From Mycobacterium sp. (GTDB taxonomy: Bacteria; Actinomycetota; Actinomycetes; Mycobacteriales; Mycobacteriaceae), in the NCBI GenBank assembly GCA_019236925.1, contig JAFAID010000253.1, forward strand, positions 28,250 to 92,249: a stretch of DNA of 64,000 nucleotides, in the 5' to 3' direction. The stretch's first letter is position 1, and each line of letters begins with the position of its first letter. The notes under the pieces were generated by a model. The model saw only the letters and a program-made list of their open reading frames with translations. It ran no database searches and had not been told where the DNA came from. The translations under genes and the position numbers were made by a program. Below, piece after piece: positions 34,296 to 44,219 of the stretch.

Positions 34296-36227
34296 ATGAC
34301 TACGGGCGTCGAGCAGTTGGAGTTTCAGGCCGAGGCGCGACAGCTGCTGGACCTGTTGGTCCACTCGGTCTACTCCGACAAGGATTCATTTCTGCGGGAG
34401 CTGATCTCGAACGCCTCCGATGCACTGGACAAGCTGCGGATTGAAGCGTTCCGAAACAAGGACCTGGACGTCGACACGTCCGATCTGCACATCGAGATCG
34501 AGGTAGACAAAGACGCACGCACGCTGACCGTTCGCGACAACGGCATTGGCATGACACGTGCCGAGGTCGTCGATTTGATCGGCACACTGGCCAAGTCAGG
34601 CACGGCCGAGCTGCGTCAGCAGTTACGCGAAGCCAAGAACGCCGCGGTGTCCGAGGAACTGATCGGTCAGTTCGGTATCGGTTTCTACTCCACCTTCATG
34701 GTGGCCGACAAGGTCGAACTGCTCACGCGTAAGGCCGGCGAGAGCGAGGCCACCAAGTGGGAGTCCGGCGGCGACGGCACCTACACCATCGCCGCGGTCG
34801 AGGGTGCTCCGCAGGGAACGTCGGTCACCCTGCACCTCAAGCCGGAAGACAAAGAGGACGCACTTCACGACTACACCTCGGAATGGAAGATCCGGACGCT
34901 GGTCAAGAAGTACTCCGACTTCATCGCCTGGCCCATCCGGATGGAGGTCGAGACCAGGACACCCGCGCCGGAGGACGGCGGCGAGGAGACCGTGACGTTG
35001 GAGACCGAGACTCTCAACTCGGGGAAAGCGCTGTGGGCCAGGCCCAAAGACGAAGTCTCCGACGAGGAGTATAAGGAGTTCTACAAGCACATCGCGCACG
35101 CCTGGGATGAGCCGCTCGAGGTCATCTCGATGAGGGCCGAGGGCAACTTCGAGTACCAGGCCCTGCTCTTCATCCCGTCGCGCGCCCCCTTCGACTTATA
35201 CGAACCGGGCGGCGACATCGGTGTCCAGTTGTACGTCAAGCGCGTCTTCATCATGGGCGATTGCGACGAGCTGATGCCCAGGTATCTGCGCTTCATCAAG
35301 GGCGTCGTCGACGCACAGGATCTGTCGCTGAACGTTTCCCGCGAGATGCTGCAACAGGATCGGCAGATCAACGCGATCCGGCGTCGTTTGACCAAGAAGG
35401 TCCTTTCGACGATCAAGGAGCTGCAGTCCGAGCGGCCCGACGATTACCGCACGTTCTGGGGCCAATTCGGCAAGGTCCTCAAAGAAGGCCTGATGAGGGA
35501 CGTCGACAACCAGGAGATATTGCTGCAAATCTCCTCGTTCGCCTCGACGCACAGCGACGACGAACTCACCACCCTGGACGAGTACGCGGAACGGATGAAG
35601 GACGGCCAGCAGCGGATCTTCTACGCCACCGGCGAGTCACGTCAACAAATCCTCAACTCGCCGCACCTCGAAGCGTTCAAGGCCAAGGGTTACGAGGTGC
35701 TGCTGCTCACCGACGCCGTCGACGAGATTTGGTTGGGCACGGTGACCGAGTTCGACGGCAAACCGCTCCAGTCGGTGGCCAAGGGCGAGGTGGACCTCGA
35801 CACGGAGGAGGAGAAGACTGCCCACGAGGCCGAGCGCAAAGAGCGGGAAAAGGATTTCGCCGATCTGCTGGCCTGGCTGAAGGAGACCTTGAGCGAGCAC
35901 GTCAAGGAAGTGCGGTTATCCACCCGGCTGACCGAGTCGCCGGCCTGTCTGATCACCGACGCTTTCGGCATCACCCCGACGCTTGCTCGCATGTACCGGG
36001 CTTCCGGGCAGGACATTCCGGTCGAGAAGCGGACCTTGGAACTCAACCCGAACCATCCACTGGTCACCGGCCTGCAGCAGGCTCACAAAGACCGAGCGGA
36101 CGATCCCGAAGTAGCTGAAACCGCCGAATTGCTTTACGGTACAGCGCTTCTCGCTGAAGGCGGCACACCCGAAGACCCGGCGCGGTTCGCCGAGTTGCTC
36201 GCACACCGGCTGACTCGCACGGTATAG
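34296..36227 (+). CDS. htpG: Molecular chaperone HtpG (Hsp90)
   Basis: FQAEARQLL..FLRELISNASDALDK, DNGIGM, IGQFGIGFYS, LNVSRE. Confidence 0.98.
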   Translation: MTTGVEQLEFQAEARQLLDLLVHSVYSDKDSFLRELISNASDALDKLRIEAFRNKDLDVDTSDLHIEIEVDKDARTLTVRDNGIGMTRAEVVDLIGTLAKSGTAELRQQLREAKNAAVSEELIGQFGIGFYSTFMVADKVELLTRKAGESEATKWESGGDGTYTIAAVEGAPQGTSVTLHLKPEDKEDALHDYTSEWKIRTLVKKYSDFIAWPIRMEVETRTPAPEDGGEETVTLETETLNSGKALWARPKDEVSDEEYKEFYKHIAHAWDEPLEVISMRAEGNFEYQALLFIPSRAPFDLYEPGGDIGVQLYVKRVFIMGDCDELMPRYLRFIKGVVDAQDLSLNVSREMLQQDRQINAIRRRLTKKVLSTIKELQSERPDDYRTFWGQFGKVLKEGLMRDVDNQEILLQISSFASTHSDDELTTLDEYAERMKDGQQRIFYATGESRQQILNSPHLEAFKAKGYEVLLLTDAVDEIWLGTVTEFDGKPLQSVAKGEVDLDTEEEKTAHEAERKEREKDFADLLAWLKETLSEHVKEVRLSTRLTESPACLITDAFGITPTLARMYRASGQDIPVEKRTLELNPNHPLVTGLQQAHKDRADDPEVAETAELLYGTALLAEGGTPEDPARFAELLAHRLTRTV

Positions 36228-36302
36228 ACGACCCTGCGCGGCTAGGCCGCGTTGATTTAGTCACTACGCCCACCGCCACGTGGGCCCCAGCAATCGCTTG
36301 CA

Positions 36303-36429
36303 CCACAGGATCTCTGGGTGGAGCCGGTGTACAGTTTGCCCGCCTCGCAGCGACAAGCCAAGGCTCGCAAGGGACTTGTCGCTCGTAGCCGGGCACAACG
36401 AACACTCCCACCCGAGGAGACTGCTGTGG
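36303..36429. other. Long imperfect hairpin (~127 nt)
   Basis: Nested arms CCACAG/CTGTGG, TCTC..GGGTGG/CCACCC..GAGA, GCCCG/CGGGC, AGCGACAAG/CTTGTCGCT. Confidence 0.7.
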
Positions 36430-36466
36430 CTGTTGTGACAGTTGTCGTCGCCAACGACTCACGACG

Positions 36467-37717
36467 CTAGTTGCCGTGCCGCACCTGGTTGAATGGCACG
36501 CCACGGTCAGCCGCGTACTCGCGAGGGAAGTTCAGCACCCGCTCGCCGATGACGTTGCGAGCCAACTCGCTGGTGCCACCGCCGATGCAAACCGTCTGCC
36601 GGGACAGGTATCGCAGGCCAGTCTCCAGGCCCTCCCCTTCCGCGCCGACGACCCCGGCCGTTCCGGTGATTGCCAGCCCGGCATCCATCTCCAAGGTGAC
36701 CGTTTCGGCGTGGAAAAGCCGGAGAAGGGTTCCGGCGGCAGGCGGCAGGGTGCCGTCGCGGACGCTGCGGTAGATGTGGTCGCCCAGTTGGTCGCTGACC
36801 GCTCGGTGCACCAGTGCCCGTCCGGCTATCTGCTGCACCCGCTCGTTGTCGGCCTGCCCCGTCTTGCGAGCTAACGCCGCATAGTTCACCGGTGTGGTTC
36901 GGCCGCCCTCACTGCCGCTGCCGCTGGCGAATTCCGAGCCCTGCCCCACCGCGCGGCGCTCGTGATAGAGCTGGCGTGACGCCACCGCCCAGCCGCCGTC
37001 GACATCCCCGACGACTGCGTCGTCGCCGACATCGACACCATCGAGGAACTCCTCACAGAACTCCGTCGATCCATTCAGCTGAGTGATGCGCCGCAACGTG
37101 ATTCCCGGATGCTTGATGGGCACCAAGAACATGGTCAGGCCGTCGTGCTTCGGCACGTCCCAGTTGGTGCGGGCCAGGCAAAGGCCGTAGTCGGCGGCGA
37201 ATGCGCTGGTGCTCCACGTCTTTGCGCCGTTGATCACCCAGCGGTCCCCCGCCCGCTCGGCCCGGGTGATCACACCGGCGAGATCCGATCCGCCGCTGGG
37301 CTCGGACAACAGTTGAACCAGTACCTCGTCGCCCCGCAACGCCGCGGCGATGTGCTGACGTTTCTGTTCCTCGCTACCGGTGTCGAGCAGCGTCGCGCAG
37401 CAGATGGTGAACGTCGGTGTACTGAGGATCAGCGGCATCTCGTAGCCGAGGCTCTCCTCGTTGAACACCTTCTGGTATTCGTAGTCCAGACCCAGCCCGC
37501 CGTACTCACGAGGAAAGCAGATGCCGGCGAATCCGCCTTCATAGAGCCTCTTTTGGAGTTCACGAGCCCGCTGCCAGCAGCGTTCCTCGTCACGATGTGC
37601 GGCCGGCGGAAACGCCGGGTCGATAGGCGGCAAGTTCTCAGCCAGCCATGCTTTCGCCCGGGCGCGGAACTCATCGATGGATTCCACGTCGGTGGACGCC
37701 AGTTCAGCCTCGGTCAT
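36467..37717 (-). CDS. Acyl-CoA dehydrogenase
   Basis: QLLSEPSGGSDLAG, IGGGTSELARNVIGERVL; ATG 37717 overlaps the upstream stop. Confidence 0.93.
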   Translation of the reverse strand: MTEAELASTDVESIDEFRARAKAWLAENLPPIDPAFPPAAHRDEERCWQRARELQKRLYEGGFAGICFPREYGGLGLDYEYQKVFNEESLGYEMPLILSTPTFTICCATLLDTGSEEQKRQHIAAALRGDEVLVQLLSEPSGGSDLAGVITRAERAGDRWVINGAKTWSTSAFAADYGLCLARTNWDVPKHDGLTMFLVPIKHPGITLRRITQLNGSTEFCEEFLDGVDVGDDAVVGDVDGGWAVASRQLYHERRAVGQGSEFASGSGSEGGRTTPVNYAALARKTGQADNERVQQIAGRALVHRAVSDQLGDHIYRSVRDGTLPPAAGTLLRLFHAETVTLEMDAGLAITGTAGVVGAEGEGLETGLRYLSRQTVCIGGGTSELARNVIGERVLNFPREYAADRGVPFNQVRHGN

Positions 37718-38868
37718 CAAGCAGACCTCGGCGCTGAGTTTCCTGCCTCCTGCCACTGGTACACCCGCAGGTTGTGCTCTTCGGGCGTGCCAAACATGGA
37801 CCGGTACAGCGCAACTCGTCGCAAATAGACGTGCAGGTCGTGCTCCCAGGTAACCCCGATTCCACCGTGCATCTGCACGCAGCCCTGCACGATCTCGGTG
37901 GCCATTTCTCCGACATACGACTTGGCGATGCTGGCCGACAAACCGGCGTCGGGCGTACGAGCGGAGATGGCGGCTACCGCGGCGGCCGTCGTTGCCCGGC
38001 ATGCCTCCAACCACATCTTCATATCGGCGAAGCGGTGTTTGAGTGCTTGGTAGGACGCCAGCGGGCGGCCGAAGGTGTGCCGATCCAATGCCCACGCGAC
38101 GGTGAAGTCGAAAACGGTTTGCAGAACCCCGACCACTTCGGCGCACTGCAGCACCTGCGCGATTTGGCTTTGACGGTCGATCAGTCCGGCGCTCTCGGCG
38201 GCGGTGCCGACGGCGGCACTGTGCTCGACGTCCACGCCGTCGAAACGAACACGCGCGTATTGCTTGACCAGATCGATCGACTGCTGCGGCTCGACATGCA
38301 CCCCGGAGGCGCTGGTGGGCACCAGGAACTGGCGCACGCCGTCGCCGCTTCGCGCCACCACAAGCAGCAGGCCGCTCTGTGCACCCGCCTCCACCCGGTC
38401 TTTGACACCGTCGATGCGGTAGCCGGAATCGGTCGACACGGCGGTCAGCGACGGCTCACGGGGCGCCCAGCCCCGCCCCGGCTCGTAGACGGCCCAAGAA
38501 GCCACCGTTTCGCCGGACATCAACGACTCGATCGTGGCCGCATGGGCCTCGTGCTCGGCGCTGTCCACCAGGCCGGCCAGCACCGTGCTGACCGGATACA
38601 GCGGCCCGGGCGCCACAGTTTTTCCAAGTTGTTCGGCGACCATCGCCAGATCGGCGACACCATCGCCCGAGACGCTGCCGCCACCGAGTTCCTCGGGGAC
38701 CAACAAAGCCGTCCAACCCAGCTCAGCGGCCCGCTGCCACCAGGCCGGGTCGAAGGAGACACCCGCGGCGTGCAGCTCCCGCACCCGGCTCAGCGGAACC
38801 TCTTTTTGGAGAAAAGCTTGGGTGGTGGAGGCGAAGAGTATCTTTTCGGGGGAATCGACGGCAGTCAT
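37717..38868 (-). CDS. Acyl-CoA dehydrogenase (partner subunit)
   Basis: RHTFGRPLASYQALKH, QMHGGIGVTWEHDLH. Confidence 0.93.
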   Translation of the reverse strand: MTAVDSPEKILFASTTQAFLQKEVPLSRVRELHAAGVSFDPAWWQRAAELGWTALLVPEELGGGSVSGDGVADLAMVAEQLGKTVAPGPLYPVSTVLAGLVDSAEHEAHAATIESLMSGETVASWAVYEPGRGWAPREPSLTAVSTDSGYRIDGVKDRVEAGAQSGLLLVVARSGDGVRQFLVPTSASGVHVEPQQSIDLVKQYARVRFDGVDVEHSAAVGTAAESAGLIDRQSQIAQVLQCAEVVGVLQTVFDFTVAWALDRHTFGRPLASYQALKHRFADMKMWLEACRATTAAAVAAISARTPDAGLSASIAKSYVGEMATEIVQGCVQMHGGIGVTWEHDLHVYLRRVALYRSMFGTPEEHNLRVYQWQEAGNSAPRSA

Positions 38869-38984
38869 GATGTTGGCTACGGCCTTCCTTCACCGTTGCG
38901 GATGAAGGCCGAGCGTGTCCTGGTCATCCGTCCGATTCGATCCCAGTCGGGGTTCACTGGTGCCTTCGATGGTAGCAATGAGCA

Positions 38985-39005
38985 ATACAGTAAGAGATAC
39001 CGGAG
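38985..39005. promoter_or_regulatory. Near-match to TAC-N13-GTA motif (TACAGTAA..GGA)
   Basis: aTACaGTAAgagataccGGAg in a divergent intergenic region. Confidence 0.4.
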
Positions 39006-39041
39006 TTCAGTCGATAATGACGTCGAGAAGCTGTAGTCACT

Positions 39042-39869
39042 ATGGCTGACGTGGGCGAGCGGCCGCAGGATTCGGCCAAGGCGAAGGCGGACGCGATCGC
39101 ATTGGCCGAGCAGGCCGAGGCGGAGGCCGCCGAGGCAGAAGCGCTGGCCGCGGCGGCGCGCGCACGCGCCCGGGCCATCAAATTGCGCCGTGAAGCAGCG
39201 CGGGCGGACGAGGAAACCGAAGACACCACCGAAGAAGCCACCGCCGTCGAAGCCGCAGACGCCACCGCTGAGACGCGCGAGGCGCCCGAAACTCCCGAGA
39301 TGCCCGAGACACCGCAGCGGTCCGAGGCGCCGAAGTCGACCGAGTCAACCCGTCGGCGGTTGCCGTTGCCCCAGGTGTCGGGGCTTTCCGGGCTTGCCAA
39401 GATCCTCAGCGCTGCCGCCATCGTCGCGATCTGCGGTCTGCTCGGGGTCAGCGGATGGATGCTGTGGCGTCACCACACCGTCCAAGTGGAACGGCAGCGA
39501 TCTGCGGCCTACACCGCTGCCGCCCGGCAAGGCGTCGTCAACCTGACGTCACTGGACTTCAATAAGGCGAAGGAAGACGTCCAGCGGGTACTCGACAGCG
39601 CCACCGGCGAATTCAGGGACGACTTCCAGCGTCGTGCTGACGATTTCGCCTCGGTGGTAAAAGATTCCAAAGCGGTCACCGAAGGGTCGGTCACGGCCAG
39701 CGCGGTTGAGTCGATGGGTAAGGATTCCGCGGTGGTTCTGGTGCTGGCTAACGAGCGTGTCACCAATTCGGCTGGTGCCAAAGATGATCCACGGGCTTTT
39801 CGGTTCCGGGTGTCAGTGGTCCGAGACGGTGATCAGCTCAAGATTTCGAAAGTCGAGTTCGTGCTATGA
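39042..39869 (+). CDS. Mce-associated membrane protein (Mam/Mas)
   Basis: Ala/Glu-rich N-terminus, single [37 protein letters not shown]. Confidence 0.9.
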   Translation: MADVGERPQDSAKAKADAIALAEQAEAEAAEAEALAAAARARARAIKLRREAARADEETEDTTEEATAVEAADATAETREAPETPEMPETPQRSEAPKSTESTRRRLPLPQVSGLSGLAKILSAAAIVAICGLLGVSGWMLWRHHTVQVERQRSAAYTAAARQGVVNLTSLDFNKAKEDVQRVLDSATGEFRDDFQRRADDFASVVKDSKAVTEGSVTASAVESMGKDSAVVLVLANERVTNSAGAKDDPRAFRFRVSVVRDGDQLKISKVEFVL

Positions 39870-39922
39870 GCCGCGCCGGCAACGATGCAGAGCGAAGCGA
39901 TGGGGAGGAGCGGCGCACATGA
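39866..39922 (+). repeat. MIRU (mycobacterial interspersed repetitive unit), single short-type copy
   Basis: ATGAGCCGCGCCGGCAACGATGCAGAGCGAAGCGATGGGGAGGAGCGGCGCACATGA; 18-codon ORF with ATGA overlaps at both ends. Confidence 0.88.
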
Positions 39923-40578
39923 GCGCGGACGACAAGACCGAGCAGCAGAACGTCGAGGGCTCCCCCGACCTCGAGCCCAGCGACGGGGTGGAGATCGACA
40001 AAACCGCAACCGCCGCTGACGAAACGCAACAGGGCGACGACACGAGCGAGGGCGACCTGACTTCGTGGATCGGCGGCAAGGCTGCGCGCCGCCGACACGT
40101 CAAACTCGCCCCACTGGTTCTCGTGCTGCTCCTGGTGACGTCCGGTGCGCTGGCGGCGTGGCTCTACGTCAAAAAGTACCGGCCTGATGAGCAGACCGAC
40201 GCGGCTGTCGCTCAAAGCGCCGTCGACGCCGCGCGCGACGGCACGGTCGCGATACTGTCCTACAAACCGGACACCCTCAACCAGGACTTCGCCGCCGCGA
40301 AATCCCATCTCAGCGGGGATTTCCTGAACTACTACGACCAGTTCACCCGGGAGGTCGTGACGCCAGCGGTCAAGGAAAAGGCGCTGACAACGACAGCTCA
40401 GGTAGTGGGTGCGGCAGCGTCCGACCTGCGGCCGAATTCAGCGGTCGTGTTGCTCTTCGTCAACCAGGCCACCGTCAGCAAAGACCGGCCCGACCCGGCG
40501 ATGGCGTCGAGCACCATTCTGGTGTCGTTGACGCAGGTGCAGGGCAAGTGGCTGATCACCAAGTTTCAGCCGGTCTGA
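39919..40578 (+). CDS. Mce-associated membrane protein (Mam/Mas)
   Basis: TM segment, GTVAILSY..LSGDFLNYY..VLLFVNQ..WLITKF. Confidence 0.9.
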   Translation: MSADDKTEQQNVEGSPDLEPSDGVEIDKTATAADETQQGDDTSEGDLTSWIGGKAARRRHVKLAPLVLVLLLVTSGALAAWLYVKKYRPDEQTDAAVAQSAVDAARDGTVAILSYKPDTLNQDFAAAKSHLSGDFLNYYDQFTREVVTPAVKEKALTTTAQVVGAAASDLRPNSAVVLLFVNQATVSKDRPDPAMASSTILVSLTQVQGKWLITKFQPV

Positions 40579-40589
40579 TGGGAAATCAA

Positions 40590-40654
40590 CGCCGAGCGCG
40601 CAGCCACGGCGAAAAATCGCCGCGAAAAATACCGCCGTAGATGCACGCTCGGCG
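40590..40654. repeat. REP-like hairpin between convergent genes (possible bidirectional terminator)
   Basis: CGCCGAGCGCGCA ... TGCACGCTCGGCG arms. Confidence 0.7.
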
Positions 40655-40665
40655 CTCCGAAGACG

Positions 40666-41634
40666 TCAGATCGCGAACGAGCGGCGAAGCACCTGAGCGT
40701 GCAGGGCGGCGCTTTCCCGGGAGACCACCCACTCCGGCACCACCGAATCGAACCCGTGGAACGTCGCCGCGACGACGTGCAATTCGGTATGCACGTAGGC
40801 GTGCAGCAGCCGGTTCGCGTAGTCGATGGCTTCGTCGCGACACGGGTCGATCTCCGCGCAGCTGATGAACGCCGGCGGCAACCCCTCCAAGTTCGCCCGG
40901 TGGGCCGGCACGTGTTGCGCCGTCGCGGCGCTGTGACCGAGGTAGTGGCCCCACGCGCGGCTCACGGCGGGACCGTTGAGGCCCGGGGTGCGCTGGAATT
41001 CCCGACGTGACGGCGTCGCGTCGCAGTCGAGCATCGGCTGGTGCAACACCTGGGCCAGGATCGGCGGCCCCTCGTGGTCGAACATGCGCTGGGCCAGCGC
41101 GGCGGCCAGCGCCGCGCCCGCGTCCCGTCCCATCACCACGACGCGGGTGTCGTCCGCGCCGAGACGGTCGCTGTTTTCGACGGCGTAGCGAGACGCTGCT
41201 TCGACGTCATCGAGCGCTGCCGGACACGGGTGCTCCGGTGCCAGCCGATAGTCGACCGACACCACGAGGCAGCCGGCCGCGCGGGCCAGGTCCACACAAT
41301 GCAGATGATCGGTGTCGAGGTTTCCGGTCACGAATGCCCCACCGTGGGCATACAACGCCAGCGGCGCCGGCGACTTGGTCAGGCCGCGATAAAGCCGCAG
41401 ACCAAGCCGCCGCTCCCCCGGGCCGGTGATGGCTCGGTCCTCGATCTCGACGCTGCCGGTGTCGACGGCCGCCGCGCGCTCGGCAGCCAGCCGGTCGGCG
41501 CGCTCCCGCTCGGCGGGCAGGGACTCCGCGTGGAATTCGACGATGTCCAGACCGGCTGCGGCGTCACGCAGGGCCGGGTCGATACGGCTGATCCCGCGCG
41601 GCCTCGCGCGATCGGTCTCGGTCGTCATGCTCAT
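40666..41634 (-). CDS. HSL-family alpha/beta hydrolase with atypical nucleophile
   Basis: HGGAF, VDYRLAPEHP, GRDAG, DPCRDE, HGF. Confidence 0.88.
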   Translation of the reverse strand: MSMTTETDRARPRGISRIDPALRDAAAGLDIVEFHAESLPAERERADRLAAERAAAVDTGSVEIEDRAITGPGERRLGLRLYRGLTKSPAPLALYAHGGAFVTGNLDTDHLHCVDLARAAGCLVVSVDYRLAPEHPCPAALDDVEAASRYAVENSDRLGADDTRVVVMGRDAGAALAAALAQRMFDHEGPPILAQVLHQPMLDCDATPSRREFQRTPGLNGPAVSRAWGHYLGHSAATAQHVPAHRANLEGLPPAFISCAEIDPCRDEAIDYANRLLHAYVHTELHVVAATFHGFDSVVPEWVVSRESAALHAQVLRRSFAI

Positions 41635-42037
41635 CAAGGTAAACCTGCGACTCCATGTGGTGAAAGATTCGGTAGTTCTCGCCGCGCGCGATCAGCAACC
41701 AGGTGATCCAGCTGCTGCCGCTGTGCTCGACGTCGGATTCGCGGCCGGTGAACCTCCATCGGCTCAACACGACACAACGCGCAAAGCCGTCGGCAAGCAG
41801 ATCGGCCGACCGCAGCTGTGACGACACCGACGCGCGCTTGAGACGCCCGGCGACTCGTGCCCAGTGCCGCTCGAGTTCATCGGCGCCGATCAGCGGCATC
41901 GGGTACTCGTCGCCGATGTAGATCGGCTGCGGAGTGTCGTCCTCCCAGAGGTCGGCAACCCCTGCGAGATCCAGGGCCGACCACTTTGCGTCGTATTCGT
42001 CGACGAGAGCGCTCAGGCCGTCGGCTGACCCGGTCAC
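41564..42037 (-). CDS. SnoaL/NTF2-like protein
   Basis: YDAKWSALDLAGVADLW..YRIFHHME; coupled to the upstream amidohydrolase. Confidence 0.75.
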   Translation of the reverse strand: MTGSADGLSALVDEYDAKWSALDLAGVADLWEDDTPQPIYIGDEYPMPLIGADELERHWARVAGRLKRASVSSQLRSADLLADGFARCVVLSRWRFTGRESDVEHSGSSWITWLLIARGENYRIFHHMESQVYLDEHDDRDRSREAARDQPYRPGPA

Positions 42038-43176
42038 TGCGGCTGTTCGCCGGGCAGGGCCTTCACGGTCGCCGGCAGCCGATAAAGCTCAGTCGCGTTG
42101 CCGCGCATGATTCGCTCCCGCTGCGCCTCGGGAAAACGGTTGATCGCATAGGCCGGCGCGTCATAACTCCAGTGCGGGTAGTCCGTAGAGAACATCAGGT
42201 TGTCGCCGAGATCCATCATTTCCAGGTACTCACGGAATTGTTTGACGTCGGCGTCTTCCAATGGCTGGGTGGTGAACCGGACGTGTTCGCGGACATACTC
42301 CGATGGCCGACGGCGGACGTACGGTAGGTCGGCGCGGCGGGCTTCCCAGATCCGATCCATCCGCGACATCACCGGCATCGCCCACGTGAAGCCGCCCTCG
42401 ATGAACACCACCCGCAGATCGGGGTGCCGGTCGAAGGCGCCGTCGAACACCAGGCTCATCAAATGCGAGACGTACAGCAGCGGCCAGGAGGCGAAGAAGT
42501 CGTGCCAGTGCGCCGGGTTGCCGACCGGATACAGCGGAATCAATTCGAACGGCGTCTGCCCCATCAAGTGGGTGGCCACCGGGAAGCCGTTGGCTGACGC
42601 GGCCTCATACAGCGGATCGAAATGCGGGCTGCCGAAAGGGATTCCACGTGTCTGCGGTGTCAGCAACACTTGGGCCATGTAGGGATGGCCCGCCCACCGC
42701 TGTACTTCACGCGCCGCCAAATCGGGCACTTGTGCACTGACGCTGATCGACCCACGCCAGCGACCGTGCGCGTTGTTCTGGCCCAGCCAGACGTCGGCGA
42801 GCCAGTCGTTGTAGGTCGACTTCAAGACGTGCTCGGCCTGCGGCAGCTGCGCGTCGCACATCGGCTCCAGCGTCGCGATGCTCACGCCGGCGTCGATCAG
42901 CAGTTGTTTGGCCGCGTAATCGGGATCGGTGCCGGCGAAGCCGCCCCCGGGAGGCGTCGCGTCGACACGCAACGACATGGTCTTGTAGGAGTCCGGCGTG
43001 TCGTAGAAGTGTGCCACCGGGGTGACGGCGTTTCCGGTCGGAAAGATCTTGTCGACCCATTCGGCGGGCGCATAGGACTTGAGTACGTCGGTCGAGACCG
43101 GCATCGGGTGCACATCGGTGTCGACGATGGCCACCGCGATCTCGGTCTGCGGCTCGACCCGTTCGAGCGTGGTCAT
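42034..43176 (-). CDS. Amidohydrolase-fold protein, metal ligands intact (AibH2/PtmU3-like oxygenase subunit)
   Basis: DTDVH, VATH, FIEGG, FSTDYPHW. Confidence 0.88.
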   Translation of the reverse strand: MTTLERVEPQTEIAVAIVDTDVHPMPVSTDVLKSYAPAEWVDKIFPTGNAVTPVAHFYDTPDSYKTMSLRVDATPPGGGFAGTDPDYAAKQLLIDAGVSIATLEPMCDAQLPQAEHVLKSTYNDWLADVWLGQNNAHGRWRGSISVSAQVPDLAAREVQRWAGHPYMAQVLLTPQTRGIPFGSPHFDPLYEAASANGFPVATHLMGQTPFELIPLYPVGNPAHWHDFFASWPLLYVSHLMSLVFDGAFDRHPDLRVVFIEGGFTWAMPVMSRMDRIWEARRADLPYVRRRPSEYVREHVRFTTQPLEDADVKQFREYLEMMDLGDNLMFSTDYPHWSYDAPAYAINRFPEAQRERIMRGNATELYRLPATVKALPGEQPQ

Positions 43177-44219
43177 AAGGCACTCTCCTTCACTGTGAGC
43201 CCGTAGAGCTCACTGGCGTTGCGCCACAACACCTTGTCGCATTGTGCCGCGTCGAGACCTGCGGCCGCCAGGTCGGGCGACGACGTCGACCAGTGCGGAT
43301 AGCTCGATCCATACATCAGCAGGTCGGCCTTCGCGGAGAACTCCATCCAACGCTGCATCTGACCGGCGTCGGTTGGCCCGTCGAACGCCGACGAACAGAA
43401 CCGCACGTGAGCGGGCAGGTATTCACTGGGGTAGCGGTCCACCCACGGCGTCTGGTTGCGCATCGACAACCAGAAGGTGTCCAGCCGCCACATCAGCGGG
43501 GTGAGGATGTCGTATCCGCCGTCGGCGAAAACAAATTTCAGGCCCGGATGCCTGCCGAAGACACCTTCGACGATGAGCGTCGCGAGGTGGACGAAGTAGT
43601 TCAGCGGCATGAATGCGGCGTAGCCCGGATAGGTGTGCGCATGCCCGGCGAACGTTGGCGGATAGTCAACGCCGTTGCCGCCGTTGATATGCACCGCAAC
43701 CGGTAACCCGTGCGCGGCGGCGGCCTCCCAGATCGGCTCGAACATCGGCTTGCCATAGGGTTCGCGGGACTGCATCGGAACGCCGACCTGAAGCAATTTG
43801 GGATGTGCGGCAAAGCGTTCGATCTCAGCGACCGCACCCTTGGGGTCCTCGGGATTGACCCGGATGGTGCCGCGGAAACGGCCGGTGGTGTCTGGCTCCA
43901 GCCATCGGTCGAGCAGCCAGTCGTTGACCGCTGCGCAGATTCGGCTGTTGAGCAGATAGTCGGCAATGTTGCCGCGGGTCAACGGGTTCAGGATGGCGTA
44001 CTGCACCCCGCCGTCATCGAAAAGGTGACGGGCAACGGTGTCGGGATCAGATCCCGGGTAGTGCTCTCCGTATAGGTCTCGGCGGTAGTCGCCGTCCGGG
44101 GCTTGATACCACTGCTGTTCGACGTCGGGGATCGCCCGCAGTTGATGAGCAGCTGGCAGGTAGCGCCGAATTTCAGCGTTATCGCGGAAATTCGGCTGAA
44201 CGTTGGCGTCGATGATCAT
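43173..44219 (-). CDS. Amidohydrolase-fold protein, degenerate metal site (partner subunit)
   Basis: DANVQ, VAVH, FADGG, YGSSYPHW. Confidence 0.86.
   Translation of the reverse strand: MIIDANVQPNFRDNAEIRRYLPAAHQLRAIPDVEQQWYQAPDGDYRRDLYGEHYPGSDPDTVARHLFDDGGVQYAILNPLTRGNIADYLLNSRICAAVNDWLLDRWLEPDTTGRFRGTIRVNPEDPKGAVAEIERFAAHPKLLQVGVPMQSREPYGKPMFEPIWEAAAAHGLPVAVHINGGNGVDYPPTFAGHAHTYPGYAAFMPLNYFVHLATLIVEGVFGRHPGLKFVFADGGYDILTPLMWRLDTFWLSMRNQTPWVDRYPSEYLPAHVRFCSSAFDGPTDAGQMQRWMEFSAKADLLMYGSSYPHWSTSSPDLAAAGLDAAQCDKVLWRNASELYGLTVKESAL

Noticed and set aside
39100-39340. Ala/Glu-rich and PETPE repeats as a DNA repeat element
   Set aside because: Low-complexity coding sequence typical of Mam protein N-termini
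41564-41634. Frameshift or pseudogene at long gene overlaps (also 59260-59300)
   Set aside because: Both partners have complete-looking domains; the overlaps are explained by short C-terminal tails or start-site uncertainty
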